12,599 bases of DNA, taken from Candidatus Methylomirabilia bacterium (GTDB taxonomy: Bacteria > Methylomirabilota > Methylomirabilia > Rokubacteriales > CSP1-6). Positions 1-6,510 of this stretch are shown in pieces (the stretch's first letter is position 1; each line of letters begins with the position of its first letter). The notes under the pieces were generated by a model, which saw only the letters and a program-made list of their open reading frames with translations, made no database searches and was not told the origin of the DNA. The stretch lies in NCBI GenBank assembly GCA_041497895.1, contig JBGQHJ010000139.1, positions 1 through 12,599 on the forward strand. Reading direction: 5' to 3'. The position numbers were made by a program, and so were the translations under genes.

Positions 1-14
1 GTCATGCCGAAGTT

Positions 15-33
15 TTCCCGGTAAGTCTTACCG
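15..33 (+). promoter_or_regulatory. Palindromic operator/upstream activator-like site (CGGTAAG-T-CTTACCG, 19-33), copy 1
   Basis: Perfect 7-1-7 inverted repeat. The 18-mer TTCCCGGTAAGTCTTACC (15-32) recurs with one mismatch at 4149-4132 (-), at a comparable position upstream of a similar promoter. Confidence 0.65.
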
Positions 34-97
34 CGCCCGCCCTCCCCCGCTCGCCCATTCACCCGCTCCGGCCTCGCCTGCGCCGCCGCGCGTGCGG

Positions 98-113
98 TTG
101 CACGAGAGTTGCT
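98..113 (+). promoter_or_regulatory. Sigma54-like -24/-12 promoter (variant TTGCAC) for the hemerythrin gene
   Basis: TTGCACG-AGAG-TTGCT versus consensus TGGCACG-N4-TTGCW. One mismatch, in the first G of the -24 GG. Lies 30 bp upstream of the ATG. Confidence 0.55.
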
Positions 114-142
114 TCCTCCTCCCCGGCAAAGGAGGAGTTCCC

Positions 143-595
143 ATGGACGCGATCAAGTTCCTCGAGCAGGAGCACGAGAAGGCGAAAACGGCGTTCGGCA
201 AGCTGCTGGAGGCGTCGCCCGCCGAGCGGGGCCGGCTGTGGAAGGCGCTGCAACCGGAGCTGAAGGCCCACGAGGAGCTCGAGGAGGCCTGCCTCTACGG
301 TCCCCTCGAGAGCGACGGGGTCAGCGACGACAAGCTCTCGGCGTGGGTGTCGGACCGTCACGAGGAGCAGGTGCACGAGGTCGAGGGCCTCATCGAGCAG
401 ACCGAGCGGCTCGAGCCGAAGGAGGCGCGCTGGCTCGCCACGGTGCGCCAGATCTACGACGCGCTCCAGCGGCACATCCAGGAAGAGGAGGGCGAGATCT
501 TCCCCCGCGTCGCCCGGGCCTGGGACCGCGATCGGCTGGAGAAGGCGGGCGCCGAGATGCGCGCCACGAGGGCGGGCAAGCCGGCCCGGCGCTGA
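143..595 (+). CDS. Hemerythrin/HHE cation-binding domain protein (150 aa)
   Basis: Strong RBS AGGAGGAG at 130-137 and ATG at 143 (MDAIKFLEQEH). Ligand pattern H...HEELEE...H...HIQEEE with the typical LY and IFP motifs after each HxxxEE. Confidence 0.9.
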   Translation: MDAIKFLEQEHEKAKTAFGKLLEASPAERGRLWKALQPELKAHEELEEACLYGPLESDGVSDDKLSAWVSDRHEEQVHEVEGLIEQTERLEPKEARWLATVRQIYDALQRHIQEEEGEIFPRVARAWDRDRLEKAGAEMRATRAGKPARR

Positions 596-651
596 CCCGG
601 CGCTCCGATGGTCGGCGGCGCGCGGTCCGTGATCGGGCGGAGCCGGGTCAG
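592..651. terminator. Long GC-rich stem-loop between convergent genes (possible bidirectional terminator/3' stabiliser)
   Basis: CTGACCCGG (592-600) pairs with CCGGGTCAG (643-651), and CTCCG (603-607) pairs with CGGAG (638-642). No U-tract on either strand. Confidence 0.45.
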
Positions 652-3083
652 GCCTGCTCGAGGTCGGGTCGCGCGTCGCGCGGGGGGCGGTGGGCGCGGG
701 AGTCGAGGAGGCCGACGATGACCGACACGAGCTCCTCCGGATCGACCGGCTTCTCCACGAAGACGTCGAAGCCGGCCTCGACCGCGCGCGCCCGGTCCTG
801 GACGCGCACGTAGGCGGTGAGCGCGACCGCCGGCGTCCGGCGGCCGCCGTGGCGCTCGATCGTCCGCAGGCTGCGGATCAGGGAGTAGCCGTCCTCGTCC
901 GGCATGGCGAGGTCCGACAGGAGGACGTGGGGCCGGATCCAGCGCAGGAGGGCGAGGGCCTCCGCGGCCGAGGTGGCAGTGCGGACGCTCGCCCCCGCCT
1001 CCCCGAGCAGCATCGACAGCATGTCGAGCGCGTCCTGGTCGTCGTCCACCACGAGTAGCTGCGCTCCCCGGAGCGGCGCCGGCGCGGCGGAGCTGGCGGG
1101 CCGCGCGGCCTCGGCCGCCGCGCCGAGCGGCAGGCGGATCGTGAACGTCGCTCCGTAGCCCTCGCCCGCGCTCTCCGCGTCGACCGTGCCCTCGTGCAGC
1201 TCGGCCAGGTGGCGGACGATGGCGAGGCCGAGCCCGAGGCCGCCGTGGCGACGGGTGATGGTCGAGTCGGCCTGCCGGAAGCGATCGAAGATGAAGGGCA
1301 GGAACTGGGGAGCGATGCCCTCGCCGGTGTCGGTCACCTGGATCTGGGCGTAGCCGTCGATCCGGGCGAGTCGGATCTCCACGCGCCCGCCCGGCGACGT
1401 GAACTTGATCGCGTTGGTGAGCAGGTTCCACACCATCTGCTGGAGCCGGCTCGCGTCACCCGAGATCTGCCGCGCGGCCGGGTCGAGGACCGCCACCAGC
1501 TCGATGCCCTTGCCCTCCGCGCCGAGCCGCACCGAGTCGGTCGCGATGTTGATCACCGCGGCCAGGTCCACCCGGCCCCGGGTGAGGCGCAGGCTGCCGG
1601 TGATCACGCGCGAGGCGTCGAGTATGTCCTCGACGAGCTGGGCCTGGGTCTGGGCATTGCGCTCGATGACCTCCATCCCGCGCGCCATCGTGGCCTCGTC
1701 GGGCGCGCCGGCCCGGAGGATGTGGGCCCATCCGAGGATCGCGTTGAGCGGCGTGCGCAGCTCGTGCGAGACGGTGGCGAGGAACTCGTCCTTCATCCGG
1801 TTGGCGCTCTCGGCCTCGGCCCGCGCGATGTGCTCGCGGGCGAGCGACTGCTTGCGGTCCTCGAGCTCCTGCTGCAGGCGCTGGTGGAGGCGCGCGTTCT
1901 CGATCGCGTCGGCCGCGATGCGCGCGTGCAGGTCCATCAGGCGCAGCTCTCGCTCGGAGGGGCGCCGGGGGCCCGGGAAGAACACCGACAGGACGCCGAC
2001 GATGTCCCCGCTCCGCGTGAAGAGCGGGGTGCTGTGGCCGGACCGGAAGCCCGCGCCCTCGGCGGCCGCGCGGTAGGGGGCGAAGACCGGGTCGGTCGTG
2101 ACGTCCTCGACCACCACCTGGCGCCGCTCCGCGAAGGCGGTGCCGCAGGCGCCGCCGCCAGGCGGGACGTGCCGAACCTCGTCGAGGAACCCCGGGGCGA
2201 AGCCGGCCTGCACCGCGAGCGCGAGGCCGGGCCGCTCCGCCTCGCAGAGGGACAGGAGCCCGAGGGTCGTGCCCGGCACCGCCATCGCGGCCTGGAGCAC
2301 CTCGCGCAGCACCGATTCCACGTCGAGGTTGCCGGTGAGCCGGACCGCCGTCTCGTGCGGGCGCCGGAGATCGTGGACCTGTACCTCGAGCTCCTCCTTC
2401 ACCGTGCGCAGCGCGGACTCGATCGCGCTCCGCTCGGTGATCTCCGCCTGCAGCGACGAGGCCCGACGCTGTAGGGACACGAGGGCCTGGAGCCGCTCGT
2501 CCTCCCCGCCGCGCGCCGAGGCGTCGCCCGCCGGGATCACCCGCGAGTGCCGGGCGCAGATCTCCACGATCGGGTGGGCGAGCCCGCGGCCCCCGAGCTG
2601 GGCCAGGGGGTACGCGCACAGCAGCTCGAAGGCGCGGGTCGCGCCGAGCTCGTTCCAGAGCGTCTCGATCTGGAGGGTCGCGTCGGACCGCCCCCGCGTC
2701 AGCAGCAGCCCGACCATCTCGCCGAACACCCGGGTCGGCCGCCCGGGCCGGAGCCGCCCGAAGAGGGTGCCCACGGCCTCCATGAAGCGCTGCGGATCGG
2801 CGCCGCCTCCGACCTCGATGCGAGCCAGGGTGTCGGCGGCGTCGACGGCCACGTACTGGCCGGTAGCCTGCGCGGTGGAGAGGTCGAGCGCCGCGTCCCG
2901 CAGCCGCTCGTCGAGCGCGTCGCGGTGATCCTTGGTCGCGATGACCAGGCAGTTGCGGTCGGTGGCGAGCCCGATCCCGATGTACTCGGCGAGCGTGCGG
3001 ATCAGGGCCGCGTCCTCGTCGTAGAACTGGACGATGTGATCGGGGGCGGTCGGGCTCGGATCGGGCCGGTCCATGGGGTCCAT
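648..3083 (-). CDS. Cytoplasmic hybrid sensor histidine kinase/response regulator (MEDS-GAF-HisKA-HATPase_c-REC), about 811 aa
   Basis: MEDS-like motifs HIVQFY / VFGEMV / LLCAYP. GAF motif CGTAFAERRQVVVEDVTTDPVF. H-box FLATVSHELRTPLNAI; N box NLLTNAIKF; G1 DTGEGI; F box FDRFRQ; G2 GGLGLGL. Receiver motifs LVVDDD, LLSDLAMP, ALTA, KP. Start uncertain (ATG 3083 or ATG 3074); the ORF-track start at 3176 lies upstream of the promoter box. Confidence 0.93.
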   Translation of the reverse strand: MDPMDRPDPSPTAPDHIVQFYDEDAALIRTLAEYIGIGLATDRNCLVIATKDHRDALDERLRDAALDLSTAQATGQYVAVDAADTLARIEVGGGADPQRFMEAVGTLFGRLRPGRPTRVFGEMVGLLLTRGRSDATLQIETLWNELGATRAFELLCAYPLAQLGGRGLAHPIVEICARHSRVIPAGDASARGGEDERLQALVSLQRRASSLQAEITERSAIESALRTVKEELEVQVHDLRRPHETAVRLTGNLDVESVLREVLQAAMAVPGTTLGLLSLCEAERPGLALAVQAGFAPGFLDEVRHVPPGGGACGTAFAERRQVVVEDVTTDPVFAPYRAAAEGAGFRSGHSTPLFTRSGDIVGVLSVFFPGPRRPSERELRLMDLHARIAADAIENARLHQRLQQELEDRKQSLAREHIARAEAESANRMKDEFLATVSHELRTPLNAILGWAHILRAGAPDEATMARGMEVIERNAQTQAQLVEDILDASRVITGSLRLTRGRVDLAAVINIATDSVRLGAEGKGIELVAVLDPAARQISGDASRLQQMVWNLLTNAIKFTSPGGRVEIRLARIDGYAQIQVTDTGEGIAPQFLPFIFDRFRQADSTITRRHGGLGLGLAIVRHLAELHEGTVDAESAGEGYGATFTIRLPLGAAAEAARPASSAAPAPLRGAQLLVVDDDQDALDMLSMLLGEAGASVRTATSAAEALALLRWIRPHVLLSDLAMPDEDGYSLIRSLRTIERHGGRRTPAVALTAYVRVQDRARAVEAGFDVFVEKPVDPEELVSVIVGLLDSRAHRPPRDARPDLEQA

Positions 3084-3091
3084 GCCCAGGG

Positions 3092-3107
3092 AGCAACCCA
3101 TGTGCCA
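3092..3107 (-). promoter_or_regulatory. Sigma54 -24/-12 promoter for the hybrid kinase
   Basis: Minus strand reads TGGCAC-ATGGG-TTGCT, a perfect TGGCAC-N5-TTGCW match ending 8 nt before ATG 3083. Confidence 0.75.
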
Positions 3108-3256
3108 GCCGGCGGTCGGCCTGGTGAAGGGTCCTATGCGGCCGGCCAGGCCACGGTCGGCGCGATCACCGTGCACCGCTCCCGCCCCGCGGGACGGGAG
3201 ACGGTACTTTCTTCCCGGTCACTTTTTCCGCCTGTTCGTTCCGTGGGCGGCCCGCC

Positions 3257-4036
3257 TCAGCGCCCCTCGAACTCCCAGTACTTCCGCCGATTGTGGTGCT
3301 CGAGGAGCCGGGTCTCATAGGCGCGGTCGAACGGCCGGCTCGGATCGTACTCGGGCGCGGCCTTGATCTCGTCGCGCCGCAGATCCACGTGAACCTGCGA
3401 GTCCGGCCAGTTCACCGCCTTGATCCACTCCGGCGAGAGCACCACCTTCTTGCCGGGCCACCAGTAGCGGGTGTCGACGACCAGATAGCGGATGGCCCAC
3501 GCGCGATCGTCGATCAGGAAGTCCTCGACATGCCCGATGTCGCCGTCGCGCGCCGCGATGTAGTAGCCGGTCACGTCGCGCGTGCTGCGCAGCGAGGGAT
3601 CGCCGAGCGCGACCTCGCGCTCCCGCGCCGCCATCTCCTCCGCGATCCCATCGGCCGGGCTCGGCGCGGTGGGCACCGGCGGCATGCCGGGGTAGGCGAG
3701 CAGCCCCCAGCGATACGGCCCTTCCCAGTAGCAGCGCTGATCGTAGTACCGGGCGATCGTCTCCTCCTGCTGCCGGTTGACCGGCTTGTCGGTCTCGACC
3801 GGCGGGCTGTCCTTCACCTGCGCCTGCGTGAGATCGACCAGGATCTGGTCCCCCGCCTCGCGCACCGAGAGGGGAGAGATCAGGACCTGGCGGCCGGGCA
3901 GCCAGGAGCCGGTATCGACCACGAGGAAGCGGACGGTCCAGCCGAAGTCGTCGAAGTAGAGATCCGCCACGCTCCCGAGATCGCCGTCGATGGCGGCGAT
4001 GGTGAGTCCCTTGAATCCGCTGGCTGGCTTGAGCAT
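3257..4036 (-). CDS. PRC-barrel domain protein with two PRC barrels (259 aa)
   Basis: Two repeats: 'IAAIDGDLGSVADLYFDDFGWTVRFLVVDTGSWLPGRQVLISP' and 'IAARDGDIGHVEDFLIDDRAWAIRYLVVDTRYWWPGKKVVLSP'. Each is followed by V(H)VDL...PxY/V. RBS AAGGAGGAG at 4049-4041. Confidence 0.9.
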   Translation of the reverse strand: MLKPASGFKGLTIAAIDGDLGSVADLYFDDFGWTVRFLVVDTGSWLPGRQVLISPLSVREAGDQILVDLTQAQVKDSPPVETDKPVNRQQEETIARYYDQRCYWEGPYRWGLLAYPGMPPVPTAPSPADGIAEEMAAREREVALGDPSLRSTRDVTGYYIAARDGDIGHVEDFLIDDRAWAIRYLVVDTRYWWPGKKVVLSPEWIKAVNWPDSQVHVDLRRDEIKAAPEYDPSRPFDRAYETRLLEHHNRRKYWEFEGR

Positions 4037-4062
4037 CGGGCTCCTCCTTGCCGATCACCCGA

Positions 4063-4078
4063 AGCATTTCCCGTGCAA
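4063..4078 (-). promoter_or_regulatory. Sigma54-like -24/-12 promoter (variant TTGCAC) for the PRC-barrel gene
   Basis: Minus strand reads TTGCACG-GGAA-ATGCT, with the same variant -24 element and spacing as 98-113. Confidence 0.5.
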
Positions 4079-4131
4079 GTCCCGCCGACCGAGTGATCAC
4101 GCGGCTCCGCGGCGCGCGCTCACCGCGCGCG

Positions 4132-4149
4132 GGTAAGGCTTACCGGGAA
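4132..4149 (-). promoter_or_regulatory. Palindromic operator/upstream activator-like site (GGTAAG-N-CTTACC), copy 2
   Basis: Minus strand reads TTCCCGGTAAGCCTTACC, 17/18 identical to positions 15-32. It overlaps the EamA stop codon. Confidence 0.65.
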
Positions 4150-5036
4150 CGCGGAGGCGACTCCGTAACTCCTGCCGCGGCGGGAAGCACGATGACCGCG
4201 AGACCGAGCAGCACCAGGCCCATGCCGAGCAGGCGCCACGGCCCGAACCGCTCGCCGAGCACGAGGGCGGAGGACGCGGCGGCCACGAAGGGCACGAGCA
4301 GGGCGAAGGGCGCCACCAGCGCGGCGGGATGGCGCCGCAGCAGATGACCCCAGATCGCGTAGGCGAGCACGGTGGCGACGAGGCCCAGGTAGAGCACCGC
4401 GCCGAGCCCGAGCCACGATGCGGCGCGCCACGAGGCCCAGATCGCGCGCGGGCCGTCCCACAGCGCCGCGAGGGCGAGGCCGGGCAGGGGCGGCACCAGG
4501 CTGAGCCAGACCGCGAGGGCGAGCGTGTCGACGGCGGGCAGGCGCTTGACCAGCACGTTGCCGACGCCCCAGCTGACCGCCGACAGCGCGGTGAGGGCGA
4601 GGCCGATCGCGGTCAGGTCGCGCCCGACGGTGGACGCGATGACGGCCAGGCCCCCGAACGCCACCGCGGTGCCGGTCCACTGGCGGCCGGTCGGCCGCTC
4701 GCCGGCCACGAAGGCCGCGAACACGACGGTGAAGAGCGCCTGGGTCTGCACCACGATCGCGGCGAGCCCGGGCGGCATCCCGGTCGCGATGCCGAAGAAC
4801 TGGAACAGGAACTGACCGGTGTAGAGCGTGAGCCCGACGGCGACGAGGGCGCGCCACGAGACGCGCGGCCTCGGCAGGGCCAGCGCGGGGAGCGCGGCCA
4901 CCAGGAAGCGCAGCGCGGTGAGGACGGGCGGCGAGAAGTCGTCGAGCGCCAGGCGCGTGGCCACGAAGGCCACGCCCCAGATGACGGTCACCAGCAGGGC
5001 GAGCGCGACGTGGGCGAGCGGCACGCGCTCGACCAT
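4140..5036 (-). CDS. EamA/DMT-family inner-membrane exporter (about 298 aa)
   Basis: About 10 hydrophobic segments in two EamA repeats. Motifs IWGVAFVATR, SPPVLTALRF, GMPPGLAAIVVQTQALFT, GERP, SWGVGNV, YAIWGHLL, VAPFALLVP, LGERF resemble the EamA (YdeD) O-acetylserine/cysteine exporter group. Start is ATG 5036 or GTG 5024. Confidence 0.9.
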   Translation of the reverse strand: MVERVPLAHVALALLVTVIWGVAFVATRLALDDFSPPVLTALRFLVAALPALALPRPRVSWRALVAVGLTLYTGQFLFQFFGIATGMPPGLAAIVVQTQALFTVVFAAFVAGERPTGRQWTGTAVAFGGLAVIASTVGRDLTAIGLALTALSAVSWGVGNVLVKRLPAVDTLALAVWLSLVPPLPGLALAALWDGPRAIWASWRAASWLGLGAVLYLGLVATVLAYAIWGHLLRRHPAALVAPFALLVPFVAAASSALVLGERFGPWRLLGMGLVLLGLAVIVLPAAAGVTESPPRSR

Positions 5037-5056
5037 AGCACCGCGGGGCCGCGCGA

Positions 5057-5086
5057 TGGACAACCCTCGGGGGGGCGGCGTAGACT
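5057..5086 (+). promoter_or_regulatory. Sigma70-like promoter for the amidohydrolase
   Basis: TGGACA (5057-5062), 18-nt spacer, TAGACT (5081-5086). RBS AGGGAGG at 5112-5118. Confidence 0.45.
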
Positions 5087-5127
5087 CCGGGCGTCCATCA
5101 CTCGCTCCTCCAGGGAGGCGGCCCGCC

Positions 5128-6510
5128 ATGCCACCACAGCAGAGCCTCAAGATCGACCACGCGCGCTACGTCCTGACCCTCGATCGGCAGCGCCGCATCA
5201 TCCAGGACGGCGCGATCCTCGTGGAGAACGGGCGCATCACGCGCGTGGGCAAGGCGGCCGACCTCCGCGATGCCCACGCCGACCGGGTGATCGACGGCCG
5301 GCACCTCGTGGTCACCCCGGGCTTCTTCAACGGCCACATGCACATCAGCTACGCGCACCCGGTGCGCGGCATCTTCCCCGACGAGCAGGCGAGCCCGCTC
5401 GTGCACGTCTTCAATCTGCAGTCGGCGATGACCGAGGACGAGGAGTACCACACCACCCTGCTCGGGCTGGTCGAGCTGGTCCGGAACGGGACGGTGTGCT
5501 TCCTCGATCCCGGCAGCACCAAGTTCCCGGACGCGTGCCTGCAGGCCTACGAGGACGCGGGCATCCGGGTGGTCCTGGGCGAGTGCGTGACCGATCAGCC
5601 CGCCCCGTGGGCGCTGCCGCGGTACCCGGCCCCGGAGGCGGTGGCGCGGACGATCTCGTTCCTCGCCAAGTGGAACGGGCGGCTCGAAGGAAGGATTCGC
5701 GCCTGGGCGATGCCGTTCTCCTACGAGACCTGCACCGCGGGCCTGCTCGAGACCTTGAAGCGCGTGGCCGACGAGCACCACACCGGTCTCACGCTGCACC
5801 ACAACAGCGGGGCCAAGGCGCGCCAGGACGCGGTCGCGCGCCACGGTCACAGCCCCACCGCCTACCTCGAGTCGATCGGCGTCCTCGGGCCGAACGTGCT
5901 GCTCGCGCACTGCCTGGGGCTCGACGAGGCCGAGATCGATTGCCTGGCCCGCTCCGGCACCATGGTCGCCATGTGCCCGGTCACCGCGGCCAAGGGCGGC
6001 CGGGGCGTGCCCGAGCACGGCCGCATGCCCGAGCTGCTGGCCCGCGGGGTCCGGATCGCGCTCGGCTGCGATTCGCCCAACAACTCGAACCACCTCGACA
6101 TGGTGCGCACCATGAACATGGCCGCCATCCAGTACAAGGACGCGCGCCAGGACACCCGCCAGATCCCGGCCGAGGCCGCGCTCGAGATGGCCACCATCCA
6201 CGGGGCCGAGGCGCTCGGCCTCGGTGCCCTGCTGGGCTCGATCGAGGCGGGCAAGAAGGCGGACCTGGTCGCCTTCGACACCCTGCGCCCGGAGTGGCAG
6301 GCCCTCTGGAACCCGGTCAACAACCTCGTGTACAACGCCGACGGCCGCAGCGTGCACACCGTGGTGATCGACGGCCGCGTGGTGGTCGATGCCTACCGTC
6401 AGGCCTTCGTGGACGAGCCCCGCCTCTACGCCCGGGTGCAGGAGATCGGCGAGCGGCTCCAGGCCCGCACCGGCATCAGCTTCCCGCGGTCTCGCTGGCC
6501 CATGAGCTGA
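5128..6510 (+). CDS. Metal-dependent amidohydrolase family protein (MtaD/SsnA/AtzA-like deaminase/chlorohydrolase fold), 460 aa
   Basis: RBS plus ATG 5128. Motifs VTPGFFNGHMH (H70, H72), LTLHH (H224), LAHC (H261), LGCD (D315), MATIHGAEALG and GSIEAGKKADLV. Substrate cannot be assigned. Confidence 0.92.
   Translation: MPPQQSLKIDHARYVLTLDRQRRIIQDGAILVENGRITRVGKAADLRDAHADRVIDGRHLVVTPGFFNGHMHISYAHPVRGIFPDEQASPLVHVFNLQSAMTEDEEYHTTLLGLVELVRNGTVCFLDPGSTKFPDACLQAYEDAGIRVVLGECVTDQPAPWALPRYPAPEAVARTISFLAKWNGRLEGRIRAWAMPFSYETCTAGLLETLKRVADEHHTGLTLHHNSGAKARQDAVARHGHSPTAYLESIGVLGPNVLLAHCLGLDEAEIDCLARSGTMVAMCPVTAAKGGRGVPEHGRMPELLARGVRIALGCDSPNNSNHLDMVRTMNMAAIQYKDARQDTRQIPAEAALEMATIHGAEALGLGALLGSIEAGKKADLVAFDTLRPEWQALWNPVNNLVYNADGRSVHTVVIDGRVVVDAYRQAFVDEPRLYARVQEIGERLQARTGISFPRSRWPMS

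Noticed and set aside
1..5. Possible ATG (minus strand, position 5) of a divergent gene leaving the window
   Set aside because: Only 5 bases are visible and there is no SD, so it cannot be supported. If real, the 15-33 palindrome could also regulate it.
2358..2360. Proline in 'DLRRPHE' in the helical linker before the GAF domain, where Leu might be expected
   Set aside because: A single residue; without an alignment I cannot tell natural variation from a damaging change or sequencing error.
454..3320. Long alternative-frame and antisense ORFs over the hybrid kinase (e.g. 1456-3096 -, 1194-2474 +, 454-1431 -)
   Set aside because: Arg/Gly/Pro/Ala-rich or antisense-shadow translations with no domain motifs; expected from stop-codon scarcity at high GC.
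4113..4131. CGCGCGC-TCACC-GCGCGCG hairpin just downstream of the EamA stop
   Set aside because: Low-complexity CG-alternating 7-bp stem without a U-tract; likely by chance at this GC content.
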